A stretch of DNA of 64,000 nucleotides, taken from the IMG/VR virus record IMGVR_UViG_3300029267_006021; one strand, written 5' to 3'. Below, in pieces: positions 61,304-64,000 of this stretch. This DNA is from a virus. The notes beneath the pieces are model-generated. The model had not been told where the DNA came from. It saw only the letters and a program-made list of their open reading frames with translations, and did not search any database. The translations under genes were made by a program, and so were the position numbers. The first letter of the stretch is position 1; the number at the start of each line of letters is the position of its first letter.

Positions 61304-62808
61304 AATCCAGCTTCCTCTGGAATAGCGGTTTCAGCTGTCCAATCAATATTCCCATCATATTTTTTAATGAGATCTTCTAAATCTTTTTCAAGACTCTCTG
61401 GAACACCAAAAAGGTTAATCGACCCCTTACCTCTAAATTTAACAGTAAAATCTTTTGACATATTTCTGAATTCTTCATCATATGTAAAATCTGCGCGGTT
61501 GTCCTGTGAACCAAAGTCAATCAAGAATTCTAAAAGTTTCTCTTGGCCCATTATCACTCTATCAAGATCTTGAGCAATTTTTTCAAGACTATCAGATGAA
61601 CCTGAAGCAAATCGAGCTGCCGGGGTTGGCAAAAGATCAAGATTACCTTTAGAGCGTTTTACAACCTCTTGCATCTTTTCATAAACTGCTTTAGCATAGG
61701 GAGCATCAATAGCTTCAGTAATTAAATCACTAATTTTAGCTGTTTTCTTCCCTTTAGTTAAGTCTATAATCTCTTTAAAAACCTTTTGTAGACCTTTTTT
61801 ATCTGCTTTTAAAGCTAAAATAGTCGCTTGTTTTAAAGTCTCGTCAAAATCTTCTATAAAGTAATTGTGAGGTTTGCAATATAAATAAGCAGTGACTGAT
61901 CTAATTGTAGGTTCTGCATAAATCGAACCAAATCTCTCATACAGGAATTTATAAGTTTCTAATTCTTTAAAATGAGCATTATAAGGTACTGTGGCTGCTC
62001 TCAAGAGAACATTAAAAGCCCGCTTTAGAAATCGACTAGCAACTCTTTTAGGCGCCTTTTCAACTGAAAGTATCCAATTATTTGCATTTGGAAACCCTGA
62101 ATTTGAACTACCCACTGTCCCATCTATTGTTATAGAGGTTCCAAAAAAATTAGTCAAAGTATTCGAAGTTTTGACATCTACTGAATCTATATATAATGGA
62201 GACTGTCCTGAAACACCTTTCGTTGAACTATTTTCTGGATCTGGTGAATTCCAACGCTCGGCATCCCAAGTCGAATAATAACCCTCACTATCGACAACAA
62301 CTGACGGCGGCTGAAACCATGGATTGACTCGTACTAAATCCTGAGGATTTTCAAAACCAATACCATAAGGCCAACGAACATCAACTGTATTTGTAGTTGG
62401 GTGAATCGCAAGAACTATACCCAAATATTCAGTAACTCTAAAATCACCAAAGATTTTTCGTACAACATCCCCAGTACGAAAATCCTCAGGGGCTACTAAA
62501 TTTGGGTAGAGTATATCGGCTTGTTTATTCATAGAAGCTTCCTTACCTGCAGGCACAAAGTCTATGGCTTTAAAATCATGTTCCTTCAGCCAAGCCTTCG
62601 CTTCACCTGGAGAGAATTTATCTTTATCAAAATGAATAGACTGAACTACTGCCCGACCTCCTTCAGGCCCCTCCTTCCTCTCTGACTTAATTCCCCAATA
62701 AATATGAATCCCAGAACCGAAATCATGGTCTTTTGGTCCTTCACGACGGATTCGAATAAATTGGTCGGGGTCTTTTATTCTGGCCGAGTGCTCATCTTCA
62801 AAGACCAT
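61300..62808 (-). CDS. Multidomain putative head-associated protein
   Basis: N-terminal EHSARIKDP...AKAWLKEH module, SH3-like GDVVRK...VDVRWP segment, several KxA motifs. Confidence 0.55.
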   Translation of the reverse strand: MVFEDEHSARIKDPDQFIRIRREGPKDHDFGSGIHIYWGIKSERKEGPEGGRAVVQSIHFDKDKFSPGEAKAWLKEHDFKAIDFVPAGKEASMNKQADILYPNLVAPEDFRTGDVVRKIFGDFRVTEYLGIVLAIHPTTNTVDVRWPYGIGFENPQDLVRVNPWFQPPSVVVDSEGYYSTWDAERWNSPDPENSSTKGVSGQSPLYIDSVDVKTSNTLTNFFGTSITIDGTVGSSNSGFPNANNWILSVEKAPKRVASRFLKRAFNVLLRAATVPYNAHFKELETYKFLYERFGSIYAEPTIRSVTAYLYCKPHNYFIEDFDETLKQATILALKADKKGLQKVFKEIIDLTKGKKTAKISDLITEAIDAPYAKAVYEKMQEVVKRSKGNLDLLPTPAARFASGSSDSLEKIAQDLDRVIMGQEKLLEFLIDFGSQDNRADFTYDEEFRNMSKDFTVKFRGKGSINLFGVPESLEKDLEDLIKKYDGNIDWTAETAIPEEAGL

Positions 62809-62838
62809 AATGATCTCCGATAGTATTGATCTAAAATC

Positions 62839-63810
62839 TTATTTATAGTGCTTGACAACTTCCCAGAGTTCAGAATCAATATTATCAGAAATCTTATCGA
62901 TCTCAAGAGCAACTTTCTCATCACCCTGCTTCTCAACCCACTCAGCCAGATTATCCAGGTAACTAGAAGCTTGCTTAAGAGCAGAAGCCCAGTGATAATC
63001 TTCCACAGCTTTATCCACGTGGGGATTCTTTGTTTTAGGAGCTGTGTTCAAATCTTTGACTGGGCCTTCATGCCGACGGGCAACTTCCGAATGCCGAGCT
63101 GGTTGGCGAGGTATATCATCATAGGTATCCATGAACTTTTCATCCTTGTCTCGTTCATAGGCGCCACTAAAATCATACCTCTTCATATAACGAGCTTCAT
63201 CCTTGTCCCCTTCAAGCCAATCAGCTACTCTCCAGATCCTTTTTGCTAAATCTGGATGCGTTGACTTGATCTGATCTGCAACCTTGTCAAGCCTCTTTGC
63301 AAACTCACCTGCCTGTTTCCTGGTCATTTTCTCCTCCTCAAGAGAATCTACATGACTAAGTCTCTGAGCCAAACACAGTAGTTCGCCAACTTTTTCGAAC
63401 TCTCTCTTTGGGCATTTACCTGCAGTTTTTTTGATCTTTGATTTTTTCATTTCTTCATACATTGCTTCAAATACATTTGGATGTATTTTTGATTGGTATT
63501 TTGAATCATCCATACTCCAAATAGCTAATTCTAAAGCCGAGGCAAGCGCAGCCTCTTTATTATAAGAAAAAGTTTCAGGATCGACTAACTTCAAGGCTTC
63601 CTTGACAATTGCATCAAAGTCCTCTTGCTTCAAATCAGCCTTATCAGTATAAGACCAAGGATTTTTTCTCCAATAATCTAAATCATAGACTGAAGGTAAA
63701 TTAAAAGAACTATAATCTTTAATACTCGGAGTAGTCACTCCAGGTGTCTTTTTCAACCGTTCATCAAATGACCAACCATGTTGAGCTTTTTTTGTTTTCA
63801 TAAGCACCAT
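62839..63810 (-). CDS. Putative head-associated (internal) protein
   Basis: Charged helical repeats LDKVADQI/IDKISDNI, KxA motifs, promoter motif upstream. Confidence 0.55.
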   Translation of the reverse strand: MVLMKTKKAQHGWSFDERLKKTPGVTTPSIKDYSSFNLPSVYDLDYWRKNPWSYTDKADLKQEDFDAIVKEALKLVDPETFSYNKEAALASALELAIWSMDDSKYQSKIHPNVFEAMYEEMKKSKIKKTAGKCPKREFEKVGELLCLAQRLSHVDSLEEEKMTRKQAGEFAKRLDKVADQIKSTHPDLAKRIWRVADWLEGDKDEARYMKRYDFSGAYERDKDEKFMDTYDDIPRQPARHSEVARRHEGPVKDLNTAPKTKNPHVDKAVEDYHWASALKQASSYLDNLAEWVEKQGDEKVALEIDKISDNIDSELWEVVKHYK

Positions 63811-63845
63811 TTACAAAGATGTACTTAAATTGTTTACTCCGTCTA

Positions 63846-63858
63846 ATTAGTAGATTAT
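63846..63858 (-). promoter_or_regulatory. Candidate late-promoter motif ATAATCTACTAAT
   Basis: 36-45 nt upstream of the 63810/63801 start. Confidence 0.6.
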
Positions 63859-64000
63859 TGTTTATTGAAAAATTAATTTTAAACTAAAGATATGCGGCGA
63901 AAATGGCGTGAAATTATTCGCTTGAGACGTAAGTTTAAGCTAGAGTTTTTCCCGTCATCCCTCTTTGGCTTTTTTAAATATTTGTGTTCATCTAAATCTG

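Noticed and set aside
1-64000. Stop-codon reassignment or a diversity-generating retroelement
   Set aside because: Genes are full length under the standard code with all three stop codons in use; no reverse transcriptase or adenine-variable repeat pair was seen.

Overview
This window looks like a segment of a large, AT-rich tailed dsDNA phage genome (HK97-fold capsid, standard genetic code, almost all genes on the minus strand). The host is probably bacterial, judging by GGAG ribosome-binding sites and TATAAT boxes. Reading right to left: (i) putative virion proteins and the head module (prohead protease, scaffold, decoration protein, major capsid protein; 55.3-63.8 kb); (ii) two free-standing zinc-finger homing-endonuclease-like genes (52.3-55.1 kb); (iii) an accessory region of small genes with a GC-richer island, a tRNA-like RNA, two degenerate capsid paralogues and an intact IS200/IS605 tnpA-tnpB element (40.4-52.2 kb); (iv) an array of small acidic proteins with a shared ELKKIA leader, a TOPRIM protein and a GHKL-ATPase/HExxH protein (36-40.3 kb); (v) a ~24 kb operon-like glycan-biosynthesis locus with a Wbp-type diacetamido-uronic acid pathway, an amino-sugar pathway, an ACP/adenylation module, methyltransferases, a radical SAM enzyme and many glycosyltransferases, but no membrane export genes (11.7-35.9 kb); (vi) further structural-type genes, a second ELKKIA array bracketed by direct repeats and an intein-containing neck-like gene (0-11.5 kb). 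A recurring oriented motif, ATARTYYACTAAT, is a candidate late promoter. All assignments come from motif reading by eye; no database searches were run.
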